A DNA stretch of 45,704 nucleotides, the filler included, from Anaerolineae bacterium (lineage in GTDB: Bacteria; Chloroflexota; Anaerolineae; B4-G1; DUEL01): assembly GCA_041082215.1 (NCBI GenBank). It is 9 parts of 9 records of this genome, joined end to end, with 100 filler letters (N's around TTAATTAATTAA, not from the genome) between each part and the next. Parts side by side here need not be neighbours in the genome. Positions count along the whole stretch, not along the records: positions 1 to 21,459 come from JBDOIF010000127.1; 8 more parts are not named here. One strand, written 5' to 3'. The notes below the pieces were generated by a model. It did no database searches and had not been told where the DNA came from. It worked only from the letters and a program-made list of their open reading frames with translations. How positions within the stretch are numbered: position 1 is the stretch's first letter; each line of letters opens with the position of its first letter. The translations under genes and the position numbers were made by a program. Positions 9,162 through 18,908 of the stretch are shown piece after piece.

Positions 9162-11159
9162 TCACCCCTGCTGGCGACGCGCCGTGCTGAGGACTGCCAG
9201 CGGGGTGAGCACCCCGCCGACCACCAGCGCCGCCCACACGTTCAGGTTGAAGACCAGCAGCGGGACGGGCATCCGGTTAAGACGGCCGATGAAATCCACG
9301 TACATTGTCGCCAGCGGCTCCAACTGGTCCCGCGCCACCCTCTCCAGAGTGTCATCGTCGTCAAACAGCCAGACCGGGCCGCTGATGAGGCTGATGACCC
9401 GATAGCCCGCCCGGGCAAACGGGCCGGCATCGGTCGGGACGCCCAGAGGTGTGCCGGTGGGAAAGAGCAGGGTCCGCACCATCCGGTAGTTGGCCACTGC
9501 GCCAGCATACAGCGAGACGACAACCGGGTTCTCGGCGACAAAAACCCCCCGCGGCTCCACCCTGCCCGTGGGCGGAAGGGGCGGGAGGTAGTCGTCGGCG
9601 ATGTGCTCGATGCAGATGTCGAAAAGCATCCGCGCCATCAGGTCCTCGCGGTGGGCCTCCATAAACGCCTGGTTGCTGGGCGCACCGACCATATGGGAAC
9701 CGGTAAAGGCAAAAACCATCGTGCGTGGCCGCTGGTCCTGCGGCACCTGGGCAAAATAGCGGGCCAGCGCCAGTACCATTCCCACTCCGCTGGAGTCCTC
9801 CACACCGCTGGCCCAGGGGGCGTCGTGGTGGGAGTGGACCATCAGGACCGTTTCGCTCCGCCCCGGAAGCACCCCATAAACGGTCGCCGTCTCCCCACCC
9901 TGGGGAAAGACCTGCGCCTGCAGCACGATCCGCGCCTCCACCGGACCGGCGGCCACCCTCTCCCGGATCCGCACACCGTCGTCTTCCATCACATACAGGC
10001 TGGGGATGGGACGCAGCACCCCATCGTAGGGAGCGTAGTAGGTGAAATCCCCCATGTCCGGGTAGTCGTGCAGGATGCCGATGATCCCCACCGCGCCGTG
10101 CGCCCGTGCCCGTTCGTAAACCTCGTGGTAGCGAAACATCCACCCGATCGGGTAGGGATGGGACCATCCGGAGGCGGTCTTCTCCGGATCGTAGGCTATG
10201 AACGAGAAGAGCTTCATCTGATCCCAGCCGATGTCCACCGGCAACAGGTCGGCCAGGACGATCTTCCCGGAAACGTCCGCAGCAGCGAAGTCGGCTTCGG
10301 TGCCCTCCCCCACGTCGGCAATCTCGGCGGTGACTCCCTCACCGCCGGTAGGGCCGGAGTAGGGGACGTAGAACGACTCCACCTCCCACGGCGCGTCGCC
10401 ATCCGGCTCGACCGTCAGGCCCCACTCCTCCGGTACCCAGTAGTCGAATCGGAACGGTTCGGAGCGCACATCGGCGAAGCCGAACTCCTTGAGCTTCCCC
10501 TCCAGGTAGCGGATCGCCGCCTGGTCGGCCTCGGAGCCGGTGCGACGGGCGCCCATATTGTAGAGATCGGCGATGTAGCCGAAGACCTCCTCTTCGGTGG
10601 GCAGCGGGGGGCCTGCTTGAGGGAGGGCGGGCAAGGGGCGGGAGGTCAGAAACGCCAGAAGGGGCAGAACGACCAGGGGGATCACCAGCAGGCCAGCAGT
10701 GGTCAGTGCCGGAACCCACCGCGGGAGACTGGCCATCCGACCCACGTTCAACCGATGGCCGACAACCCATAACAGTGCGCCGCCGACCAGAAAGACCAGC
10801 GCTGCCGCGGCAAAGCCCTTCCCCCCTGCGGCGATGGCCGGGAAGGCCAGCAATTGCACCAGCACGTGGACTCCCGACAGGGCCTGGAACAGCGTCTGCA
10901 GGCCGAACCATATCCCTGCGCTGACCCACAGGCGGCCGGCAAACGACAACCAGCTCGACTCGCGCCGGTACAGCCACCAGGCCAGCAGGAGAAGAAGCAT
11001 CGGAGGCAAAGCAGCATACCAGGCGGTGAAAACTGCCAGCCACAGATTGGATTTATCCAGAAGCAATGAGGAGACAAAGGGGAGCGCGGAGAACAGAAGA
11101 CTGAGAAAGAGAAACAACAGTATCTGCCCGATCGGTGAGCGGTTGCGTGAACGATCCAT
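9162..11159 (-). CDS. Membrane-anchored M28-family peptidase with PA domain
   Basis: N-terminal TM bundle; RRTGSEAD; PA domain DVSGKIVL/AHGAVGII; SHHDA and EDSSGV motifs; C-terminal TM; GGAGG RBS. Confidence 0.85.
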   Translation of the reverse strand: MDRSRNRSPIGQILLFLFLSLLFSALPFVSSLLLDKSNLWLAVFTAWYAALPPMLLLLLAWWLYRRESSWLSFAGRLWVSAGIWFGLQTLFQALSGVHVLVQLLAFPAIAAGGKGFAAAALVFLVGGALLWVVGHRLNVGRMASLPRWVPALTTAGLLVIPLVVLPLLAFLTSRPLPALPQAGPPLPTEEEVFGYIADLYNMGARRTGSEADQAAIRYLEGKLKEFGFADVRSEPFRFDYWVPEEWGLTVEPDGDAPWEVESFYVPYSGPTGGEGVTAEIADVGEGTEADFAAADVSGKIVLADLLPVDIGWDQMKLFSFIAYDPEKTASGWSHPYPIGWMFRYHEVYERARAHGAVGIIGILHDYPDMGDFTYYAPYDGVLRPIPSLYVMEDDGVRIRERVAAGPVEARIVLQAQVFPQGGETATVYGVLPGRSETVLMVHSHHDAPWASGVEDSSGVGMVLALARYFAQVPQDQRPRTMVFAFTGSHMVGAPSNQAFMEAHREDLMARMLFDICIEHIADDYLPPLPPTGRVEPRGVFVAENPVVVSLYAGAVANYRMVRTLLFPTGTPLGVPTDAGPFARAGYRVISLISGPVWLFDDDDTLERVARDQLEPLATMYVDFIGRLNRMPVPLLVFNLNVWAALVVGGVLTPLAVLSTARRQQG

Positions 11160-11311
11160 CGGCACCCTCCTTATGTTGAGCTTGCGCGGCTGACCCAGCT
11201 TAGCATATTTTACATAAGATGACAAGCCTGCTCCCGGAGTTCGGACGTGGGCTCGGACATAAACGTTCATCTCGCCCCCAGACCGAAATACACCCATCGG
11301 AGAGAGCCCCC

Positions 11312-11340
11312 TTGCCCCCCGCCGACTCCTCAGTTATAAT
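11312..11340 (+). promoter_or_regulatory. Sigma70-type promoter
   Basis: TTGCCC-N17-TATAAT upstream of the PA14 gene. Confidence 0.6.
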
Positions 11341-11404
11341 TCTCACTGCCCGACACTGCAGTCTTCCACTCAGCCCATACTCCGAACAGGTCTGGAGGGG
11401 AAAA

Positions 11405-13120
11405 ATGAAAGCTCTGGTCCGGTTCATCGGGATGGTGGTCATCCTCCTGGCCATACTGCTGCCGGCCGCGCCTGCTGCCTTCGCCGCTCCAGGCCCCTGG
11501 TGGGCCGACTACTTCCCCAACCCCAACCTGGAAGGCTCGCCCGCCCTTTCGCGGATGGACTCCGTCATCGGCTTCGATTGGGGCCTGGATAGCCCCGGCC
11601 CCGGCCTCCCCGCCGACAACTTCTCCGTCCGCTGGACCCGCGAGGAATGGTTCGCCGGCGGGACCTACCGTTTCCTCTACCGCTCCGACGACGGCATCCG
11701 CATTCGAGTCGGAAGCGACCTGGTCGTAGACGAATGGCACGAGCGTCAGGCCACCTGGGCCTGGGTAGATCGGTACATCCCCGAAGGGACCCATACCGTC
11801 ATCGTCGAGTACTACGAACATACAGGGGCGGCGGCTGTTCAGGTCGGCTGGGAGAAGGTCGCCGGCGGCGCGACATGGCGGGGAGAATACTACGCCAATC
11901 GGGACCTCCAGGGCAGCCCCTCGCTGACCCGCGACGATGGGGCGATTGACTTCGACTGGGGGACCGGCAGCCCCGATCCCGCCCTCCCGACCGACAACTT
12001 CTCCGTCCGCTGGACCCGGACCCTGGGCTTCACTGCCGGCACTTACCGCTTCCTGGCCAGTTGTGACGACGGCGTGCGCATTTATGTGGACGGGAACCTG
12101 GTCGTCAATGCGTGGCAGAAACAGAAACTCCCCAACACCCGTACCGGCGAGATCGCCCTGAGCGAAGGCCAGCACACGGTCACCGTGGAGTACTTCGAAG
12201 AGGGAGGTGAAGCCGCCGCCCACGTCTGGTGGGAGCGACGGGGCGCCGCTGCTGGATGGCAGGGGCTTTACTATGACAACCCCAACATGGTCGGTGGGCC
12301 GGCTCTGATCCGGGACGACCCGGAGATCAACTTCGACTGGGGTACCCGACCGCCGGTGGACTGGATGCCCGATGACAACTTCTCCATTCGCTGGACCCGT
12401 ACCGTCACCTTCGAGCCAGGGTATTACATCTTCAAGGTCGAATCCGACGACGGGATGCGCTTCTGGCTCGACGGCGCGCTGGTGATCAACAAATGGCACC
12501 CGATGCAGGGCGAACTCCACTATCTGGACGGAGTCTATCTAGAAGGGCCGCACACGCTGATGGTGGAGTACTTCGAGCAGAACGGGAACGCCCGCATCCA
12601 TTTCTGGTGGGAACCCAGCACCTCCGAGGGGGTCATGCCCCGCGCTGCAGACCCCACCCTCGACCCATGGGAGGCGGAGTTCTTTGCCAACCCCAACCTG
12701 GAAGGGACCCCGGCGCTGGTCAGAGTGGATACGGCACTGGACCACGACTGGGGCCTGGCCGCGCCCGCGCCCGGACTCCCCGCCGACGGCTTCAGCGCGC
12801 GCTGGACCCAGGCCCTCTCTTTCGACGCCGGAACCTATCGTTTCGTCACGACCACCGATGACGGGGTGCGCCTGTGGGTGGACGGCCGCCTGCTCATTGA
12901 CGCCTGGCAGCCGATGCGTTCCACCCGCTCCGCCACCGTCCGGCTCGAGGCGGGGGTCCACCAGATACGGATGGAATACTTCGAGCGCAGCGGCGCGGCT
13001 ATGGCCCGACTGATCTGGTATCGGGTCGCCCAGACCGCTCCCCAGCCCACCCCTCCCCGGCCAGCCCATCCATCGCCGCGCCACCCGGACCCCTCGCCCC
13101 GGGGGCCATCGCCTTACTGA
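11405..13120 (+). CDS. Secreted protein with four tandem PA14 domains
   Basis: Signal peptide, then four units of W..eYy.N..L.G.P...DFDWG...DNFSVRWT...DDG.R..VDG...H....EYFE; GGAGG RBS. Confidence 0.9.
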   Translation: MKALVRFIGMVVILLAILLPAAPAAFAAPGPWWADYFPNPNLEGSPALSRMDSVIGFDWGLDSPGPGLPADNFSVRWTREEWFAGGTYRFLYRSDDGIRIRVGSDLVVDEWHERQATWAWVDRYIPEGTHTVIVEYYEHTGAAAVQVGWEKVAGGATWRGEYYANRDLQGSPSLTRDDGAIDFDWGTGSPDPALPTDNFSVRWTRTLGFTAGTYRFLASCDDGVRIYVDGNLVVNAWQKQKLPNTRTGEIALSEGQHTVTVEYFEEGGEAAAHVWWERRGAAAGWQGLYYDNPNMVGGPALIRDDPEINFDWGTRPPVDWMPDDNFSIRWTRTVTFEPGYYIFKVESDDGMRFWLDGALVINKWHPMQGELHYLDGVYLEGPHTLMVEYFEQNGNARIHFWWEPSTSEGVMPRAADPTLDPWEAEFFANPNLEGTPALVRVDTALDHDWGLAAPAPGLPADGFSARWTQALSFDAGTYRFVTTTDDGVRLWVDGRLLIDAWQPMRSTRSATVRLEAGVHQIRMEYFERSGAAMARLIWYRVAQTAPQPTPPRPAHPSPRHPDPSPRGPSPY

Positions 13121-13134
13121 CAGGAGTTACGCAC

Positions 13135-14586
13135 TTATGGTGCTACCTCCTGCCACGTAGACGCTACGTCCCAGCCGACTGCCCGGATCACCCGGCCGTC
13201 CAGCCGGCGCACGTAGAAGGGGATGCCGATAGACTCGTAGGACTGCATCTGCCAGAGCGTGTTGAACCCCTGCTCAGGGGCGGTGGCCCAGCCCAGCCGG
13301 TCGCGCACACTGGCGTTGGTGCGCCAGAGCTTGCCAAAGCCCCGGATCGGTTGATACAGCCCCGCCGGAGGTACGATGGACGGGTCGCTTTCCGGCTCCG
13401 CCTCCGTCCAGGTATCGGGGTACTTCTCATAGCGGCCGTCGTTGTAGAGCACCAGGATGACCTTCGAGTAGACAGAGGTCCCGGCGTGTACCTCCTCAAG
13501 CCAGATCATCCGCCCGTTCTGGAAGGGTTCCTCAGCGGCCCAGGTAGCGCTGGCCTCGTATGCCGGGCAGGTCCGTTCGCTGGTGGGGAAGAAGTAGGCA
13601 TAGCGACAACTCCACGGCACCACTACTGTGGCCTGGACCTCATTGCCGATTGCGTCCCGGGCCACCAGCGTCATCGTGGGGTCGCGGTAGTAAGTGCCCG
13701 CGACGTCCACGGTCCGGGTGCCCTCACCGGGCGGCGTCGCCTCCCAGTAAATGGGGAAGCGCACCTGGGTCCCGCTCCAGATGCCCGCGTGAGTCGCGCC
13801 CGTCGTCCGCCAGTAGAACCGGATCCGCTTGCCCCCCGATGGCAGGTCCTGCACCACCTCCGCAGTGAAGGAGAGAATCGCCAGCCCCGAGGGCGGCGGG
13901 GGGGTGGGCGTCACACAGACCACGCCACAGCCGCCCGGACAGACTCCGGGGCAATAGAGCACCTGACCGGGCAGGCAGGCGGGCGGTGTGCAGAGCGGGT
14001 AGACGGTGATGGTGGGGGTGGGAGTGGGCGTGCCCGGGACCACGATCTGGACCCAGATGATGGAGCCAAAGCGGGTGCCGTCGGGGGCCTGGAACTGGTA
14101 GTTGGCCCGATACGTCCCCGGCGCGGCCGGCGCGGTGAGGCTCACGCTCACATCGGTCTGGGCGCCGGAGACCAGTGCGGGCACGTCCACCGCCCCCGGG
14201 CCGCCCATCGCCGCGCCCGACACGAAGACCAGCCGCGTTCCCACCGGCCAGTCGCATGTGCCGGAGTTGCGCACCCGCCAGGTCTTGACAAAGGGGGTGC
14301 CGGGGGCAAAGGGGGTGTCGTCGGGGACGGTCACGTCGGCCACCCAGCGGGCGCCCAGGGTGCAACCCGCCGCCGTCGTCGGCTCGAGGGGGGTGGCCTC
14401 TTCGGTGGACGGAGTTACCTCCGGCGGGGTCGGAGAGATCGGCGTGACGCCGGCCACCTCCACGGTAGCGGTCGTCTCCGGCGTCGGCGTGACGATGAGC
14501 CTCGCCGTTGGCTCGCAGGCCAGCGCAGCCAGAAGAAACAGGCCCCCTGCAACGGCAGGGATAAGGAAACGCTTATTCCCCAACAT
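13135..14586 (-). CDS. Lipoprotein with NBR1-Ig-like domain
   Basis: Lipobox LAC; DVTVPDDT.FAPG.PFVKTWRVRNSGTCDW; C-terminal PIRGFGKLW...RDRLGWA domain; AGGAGG RBS. Confidence 0.85.
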   Translation of the reverse strand: MLGNKRFLIPAVAGGLFLLAALACEPTARLIVTPTPETTATVEVAGVTPISPTPPEVTPSTEEATPLEPTTAAGCTLGARWVADVTVPDDTPFAPGTPFVKTWRVRNSGTCDWPVGTRLVFVSGAAMGGPGAVDVPALVSGAQTDVSVSLTAPAAPGTYRANYQFQAPDGTRFGSIIWVQIVVPGTPTPTPTITVYPLCTPPACLPGQVLYCPGVCPGGCGVVCVTPTPPPPSGLAILSFTAEVVQDLPSGGKRIRFYWRTTGATHAGIWSGTQVRFPIYWEATPPGEGTRTVDVAGTYYRDPTMTLVARDAIGNEVQATVVVPWSCRYAYFFPTSERTCPAYEASATWAAEEPFQNGRMIWLEEVHAGTSVYSKVILVLYNDGRYEKYPDTWTEAEPESDPSIVPPAGLYQPIRGFGKLWRTNASVRDRLGWATAPEQGFNTLWQMQSYESIGIPFYVRRLDGRVIRAVGWDVASTWQEVAP

Positions 14587-14689
14587 AGCCACTGCCTCCT
14601 TAATGTGATACGCAGAGGAATGGCGGCTTTGTCGGGCGCTGGTGCTCTGCAGTTTGTAAGAAGCGCTCAGATGAGCTACCCTGAAAGCA

Positions 14690-15469
14690 TCAGGGACCCG
14701 GAACAAATGTAGCCACGATTTGCAGCAATACAGGCCGCGTCGTTGACAGGTAGTCAGCGTAGCTCACACCCTCGACAGGGGCTGCCCCGTACTCTATCCG
14801 GGTGCCGTCGGGCAGTTGGAGCACCAGGGTCTCATTGTGACAGGGCAACTGGTCGCAGGGCACTTCCACCCCCATGAATTCGTACCCCGTGGCGGTGTAC
14901 ACGCCTCCTGCGATCACGAAGGTGTCCTGCTTCTCCACCATTGAGCCAGCGCCGACGCCGGTGCGCCCGCAGAGCGAATAGCGGAACCCCTGGTTGGCCG
15001 GGGCGGAGACGACGACATAGCCCGCTTCGTAATTGACGCCGACGCACAGCGCGTTGTCGTACATCGCCTGCAGTTCGGCCATGTACTGCTCAGGCGTCTT
15101 GCCGGGGGGCAACTCATCGGTGGGGAAGCCGTCCACGCCGGCCTCGGTGAGGGTCGCCTCCGGGGGATAGTAGAACCGGTAGCCGAACAGCGGGTTGGTG
15201 TAGAGCAGCCAGCCGCCGGGAACGGTCGGCTCGGCCGACGGGCCGGGCGTAGGGGCGATGGGCGATGCGGTCGGCGTTTCTCCGGCCAGCCCGCCGGGCG
15301 TTGGGGACAGGGTGGGGACGACGGGCGGCGGCGAGGTCGGCGTTTCTCCGGCCGGCCCGCTGGGGGGCGGCTCCGGCGTCAGGGTGGCGACAACCGTCGT
15401 CACCGGTCCACAGGCCAGACCTGCCAGCAGCAGGGCAGCAGATAGAAGGATCAGATGGTTTCGTTTCAT
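14690..15469 (-). CDS. Lipoprotein, hypothetical
   Basis: Lipobox LAC, Pro/Thr linker, GWLLYTNPLFGYRFYYP motif. Confidence 0.8.
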   Translation of the reverse strand: MKRNHLILLSAALLLAGLACGPVTTVVATLTPEPPPSGPAGETPTSPPPVVPTLSPTPGGLAGETPTASPIAPTPGPSAEPTVPGGWLLYTNPLFGYRFYYPPEATLTEAGVDGFPTDELPPGKTPEQYMAELQAMYDNALCVGVNYEAGYVVVSAPANQGFRYSLCGRTGVGAGSMVEKQDTFVIAGGVYTATGYEFMGVEVPCDQLPCHNETLVLQLPDGTRIEYGAAPVEGVSYADYLSTTRPVLLQIVATFVPGP

Positions 15470-15493
15470 TTGACAACTCGCAAGATCAAGAGC

Positions 15494-15526
15494 AGGTGGC
15501 AGTCACCTTTGAGGTGACTGCCACCT
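15494..15526. repeat. REP-like palindrome family A
   Basis: Perfect 15-bp stem AGGTGGCAGTCACCT-TTG-AGGTGACTGCCACCT; related copies at 38784-38816 and 40025-40039. Confidence 0.8.
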
Positions 15527-15531
15527 TCAGG

Positions 15532-16812
15532 TTATGGATACGTCAGGTTGATCGCCCCCTCGGCGCCCGGCGCGCTGAGGGCGGTCAGGGAGACGCGCCA
15601 GGTATCCCCAGCGGCAAAATCAGAGGCTGTTACATTGTAGGAGACGGAAAGGGGGCTGGGTCCATCTTTTCGGGCGTAGTAGCCCACCTGGCCAGGGCCG
15701 TTGATGATGAGCGCCATATTGGCCGGAGTGCCGCTCCAGTTCGCCTGAGCCTGGATGTTCCCTGCGCCCCGCAGGACCAGAAGGTTGACCGCTCTCCCAT
15801 AGCCGGGCTTCACCATGGTCTGCTCCGTGAAAGGCGAGACACTGGAACCGCTGGGATACGTGATGCGGACGGTCACATTGGCTTCCCCGGCCCCGAAACT
15901 GGCTACCGAGACCCACCAGGTATCCCCGGCAGCGAAATCCGCAGCGGTCACAGTGTAGGAGACCTCCAGCGGGCTGGGGCCATCGTGTCGCGCATAGTAG
16001 CCGGTTTGCCCGGGACCGTTGATGATGAGGGCCAGATTGCTCTGGCTGCCCGTCCATTCGGCCCGCACCCGAATCTCGCCTGGCCCGGTGAGGCGCAGGT
16101 AATAGATCGCGCGGTTATCCGCAACGGAGATGGGATGGCTCCAGTTCTGCGGCAACGGAGGCAGGATAATCGTAGGCACAATAATGGGAGTGAAGGCAAG
16201 GACAGGCGTGGGGGATGGGGCCGTTGTCGGCGCCTGCGTCGGCGCTTCGGTCGGAGGGGCTGTCGTGGCCGGGGCGGGCACCACAATCTGGACCCAGATG
16301 AGGGCGCCAAAGCGGGTGCCGTCGGGGGCCTGGAACTGGTAGTTGCCCCGGTACGTCCCTGGCGCGGCCGGCGCGGTGAGGCTCACGCTCACATCGGTCT
16401 GGGCGCCAGCGACCAGTGGCGGCACGTCCATAGCCGGAGGGCCGCCCATCGGGTCGCCGGAGATGAAGACCAGCTTCGTCCCTGGCTGCCAGTCGCAGGT
16501 GCCGGAGTTGCGCACCCGCCAGGTCTTGGCAAAGGGGGTGCCGGGGGCAAAGGGGGTGTCGTCGGGGACGGTCACGTCGGCCACCCAGCGGGCGCCCAGG
16601 GTGCAACCCGCCGCCGTCGTCGGCTCGGGGGGCGGCGTCTCCGTCGGCGGGGCGGGGGCAGTGGGGGACTGGATGGCCTCCGAGATGCCGGCGGCTGTCG
16701 CCTCCGGCGTCGGCGTGACGATGACGGTTGTCTGCAACGTACAGGTCAGCGTGGTCAGGAGCAGCAGAGCAATCGCCGCTGTGAGAATGGTACGGGTTTT
16801 GGGGGGGGTCAT
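15532..16812 (-). CDS. Lipoprotein with NBR1-Ig-like domain and two tandem C-terminal beta-sandwich repeats
   Basis: LTC lipobox-like motif; same NBR1-Ig motif as 13135-14586; two LALIINGPGQ.GYYAR.DGPSPL repeats; AGGAGG RBS. Confidence 0.85.
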   Translation of the reverse strand: MTPPKTRTILTAAIALLLLTTLTCTLQTTVIVTPTPEATAAGISEAIQSPTAPAPPTETPPPEPTTAAGCTLGARWVADVTVPDDTPFAPGTPFAKTWRVRNSGTCDWQPGTKLVFISGDPMGGPPAMDVPPLVAGAQTDVSVSLTAPAAPGTYRGNYQFQAPDGTRFGALIWVQIVVPAPATTAPPTEAPTQAPTTAPSPTPVLAFTPIIVPTIILPPLPQNWSHPISVADNRAIYYLRLTGPGEIRVRAEWTGSQSNLALIINGPGQTGYYARHDGPSPLEVSYTVTAADFAAGDTWWVSVASFGAGEANVTVRITYPSGSSVSPFTEQTMVKPGYGRAVNLLVLRGAGNIQAQANWSGTPANMALIINGPGQVGYYARKDGPSPLSVSYNVTASDFAAGDTWRVSLTALSAPGAEGAINLTYP

Positions 16813-16842
16813 ATCTCCTCCTTTCCACTGGATATATTTGAC

Positions 16843-16870
16843 AGTGTACCATCAGCTCTGAGTTTGTCAA
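16843..16870 (-). promoter_or_regulatory. Sigma70-type promoter of the lipoprotein cluster
   Basis: Minus strand TTGACA-N16-TACACT. Confidence 0.55.
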
Positions 16871-16952
16871 TAGGGGGGCAGTCCTCAGGGTGCATTTCAG
16901 TTTTTTGGAAGATGTGGTAACTGCAAATTGAAATGCCCCCAGACCAGGCCGG

Positions 16953-16981
16953 TTGCCCGCGGCACCGTTTTGGGCTATCAT
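16953..16981 (+). promoter_or_regulatory. Candidate promoter of the decarboxylase operon
   Basis: TTGCCC-N17-TATCAT. Confidence 0.45.
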
Positions 16982-17013
16982 AATATGGGACTTCACTCCG
17001 TAGAAGGAGGCCA

Positions 17014-18564
17014 ATGGACCAGCGAGAGCTGAACCAGGAGCTACTGCGTCGGCGGGAGGCGGTCCGCGCCGGGGGCGGCCCTGACGCCATCCAGCAACAA
17101 CACGCCAGGGGGAAACTGACCGCCCGCGAGCGGATCGGCCGGCTGCTCGACCCCGGCAGTTTTGAGGAAGTGGACCCTTACGTCACCCATCGTCACACCG
17201 CCTTCGGGCTGGACGAAAAGCGATTTCCCGGCGACAGCGTGGTGGCAGGGTTGGGCCGCATTGACGGCCGGAGGGTCGCCGTCGCCGCTCAGGACTTCAC
17301 CGTCATCGGCGGCTCCTTCTCCGAGGTCCACGCCCAGAAGGTGTGCAGGGTGCTCGACCTGGCTATCGGTTCCGGCACCCCCTTCATCGCCCTGAACGAC
17401 TCGGTGGGGGCCCGCATCCAGGAGGGGGTATGGAGCCTTTCTGGCTACAGCGAACTTTTCTGGCGGAACACCCAGGCCAGCGGCGTCATCCCCCAGATCA
17501 GCGTCATGCTCGGCCCGTGCGCCGGCGGTTCGGTCTACTCCCCCGGACTGACTGACTTCATCATCATGGCCGAGGGGATCAGCCATATGTTCATTACCGG
17601 GCCGGAGGTGATCAGGACGGTGACCGGGGAAGAGGTGGACTTCGAGACGCTGGGAGGGGCACAGACCCATGCCACAGTCAGCGGGGTGGCCCATTTCGTC
17701 GCCGCCAGTGAGGACGAGGCGTTCGCCATCACGCGGACGCTGCTCAGCTACCTTCCCTCCAACAACGCCGAGCCTCCGCCGCGCCTGGAGCCCACCGACG
17801 ATCCGGCCCGGGCCGACCCGGCGCTGGATACGCTGGTGCCTCCTGAGGGGCATCTTTCCTACGACATCCGCGAGGCGATCACCCGCATCTTCGACCTGGG
17901 TAGCTTCTTCGAGGTCCATGCCCGCTTTGCGCCCAACGCGGTGGTGGGCTTCGCCCGGCTCAACGGAGAGGTGGTGGGGGTGGTCGCCAACCAGCCCGCC
18001 TGCCTGGCCGGCGTGCTGGACATCAACGCTTCGGATAAGATCGCCCGCTTCGTCCGCTTCTGCGACGCCTTCAGCATTCCCCTGGTCACCTTTGTGGACT
18101 GCCCTGGCTTTATGCCCGGCACGGTGCAGGAACACGGCGGCATCATCCGCCATGGAGCCAAGATCGTCTACGCCTATTCGGAAGCGACCGTGCCCAAGGT
18201 CTGCATCGTCGTGCGGAAGGCATACGGCGGCGCCTACATTGTGATGAGCAGCAAGCACATCCGCACCGACCTGGTCTATGCCTGGCCGACGGCGGAGATC
18301 GCTGTGCTGGGCGCCGAAGGGGCGGTCAACATCCTCTATCGGAAGCAACTGGCAGAGGCAGAGGACCCCGAGGGGCTGAGGGCGCGGCTTATCGCCGAGT
18401 ACCGCGAGCAGTTTGGCAACCCTTACGTGGCGGCGGCCAGCGGGCACGTGGACGACGTGATCCTGCCCAGCGAGACGCGGGCGAAACTGGTGGCTGCGCT
18501 GGATTTCCTCCGGGATAAGCAGGCCACGACGCTCCCCAAAAAGCACGGGAATATGCCGGTGTAG
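17014..18564 (+). CDS. mmdA: Acyl-CoA carboxyltransferase subunit (methylmalonyl-CoA decarboxylase alpha-like)
   Basis: GKLTARERI, DSVGARIQEG, GPCAGGSVYSP, RKAYGGAYIVMSSKH, KKHGNMPV. Confidence 0.9.
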   Translation: MDQRELNQELLRRREAVRAGGGPDAIQQQHARGKLTARERIGRLLDPGSFEEVDPYVTHRHTAFGLDEKRFPGDSVVAGLGRIDGRRVAVAAQDFTVIGGSFSEVHAQKVCRVLDLAIGSGTPFIALNDSVGARIQEGVWSLSGYSELFWRNTQASGVIPQISVMLGPCAGGSVYSPGLTDFIIMAEGISHMFITGPEVIRTVTGEEVDFETLGGAQTHATVSGVAHFVAASEDEAFAITRTLLSYLPSNNAEPPPRLEPTDDPARADPALDTLVPPEGHLSYDIREAITRIFDLGSFFEVHARFAPNAVVGFARLNGEVVGVVANQPACLAGVLDINASDKIARFVRFCDAFSIPLVTFVDCPGFMPGTVQEHGGIIRHGAKIVYAYSEATVPKVCIVVRKAYGGAYIVMSSKHIRTDLVYAWPTAEIAVLGAEGAVNILYRKQLAEAEDPEGLRARLIAEYREQFGNPYVAAASGHVDDVILPSETRAKLVAALDFLRDKQATTLPKKHGNMPV

Positions 18565-18584
18565 CCGACGGCAGGAGATTAAGG

Positions 18585-18908
18585 ATGGATAACCCTCTGC
18601 TCCTCTCGTGGATCGTGGCCGGGGCCGGTCTGTTGCTCCTCTTCCTGGCCCTGGCCTTCCTTTATGGCCTGATGACCCTGATGACGGCGCTGGTCAGGGA
18701 CCGGCCGGGCGAAGAGAAAGGGGAGCAGGAGGCAAGAAGGCAGGAGGCGATGCTCCGCCGGGCGGCGGCGATCGGGGTGGCGCTGGCCCGCGCCGAACAG
18801 GAGACGGGCCTCATCCCCGCACCGGAAAAGGAGATCACCAGCCCCTGGTGGACTTTTCACCACCACCGCCAGCTCACTTCCAACCGACATACAGGGAGAA
18901 TTCGATGA
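18585..18908 (+). CDS. OadG/MmdD-like membrane subunit
   Basis: Single N-terminal TM helix, AAAIGVALA and SPW motifs, operon position. Confidence 0.75.
   Translation: MDNPLLLSWIVAGAGLLLLFLALAFLYGLMTLMTALVRDRPGEEKGEQEARRQEAMLRRAAAIGVALARAEQETGLIPAPEKEITSPWWTFHHHRQLTSNRHTGRIR

Noticed and set aside
14040..16627. Duplicated segment as a diversity-generating retroelement TR/VR pair
   Set aside because: Both copies are coding and N-terminal, no reverse transcriptase is present, and the differences do not look adenine-specific.
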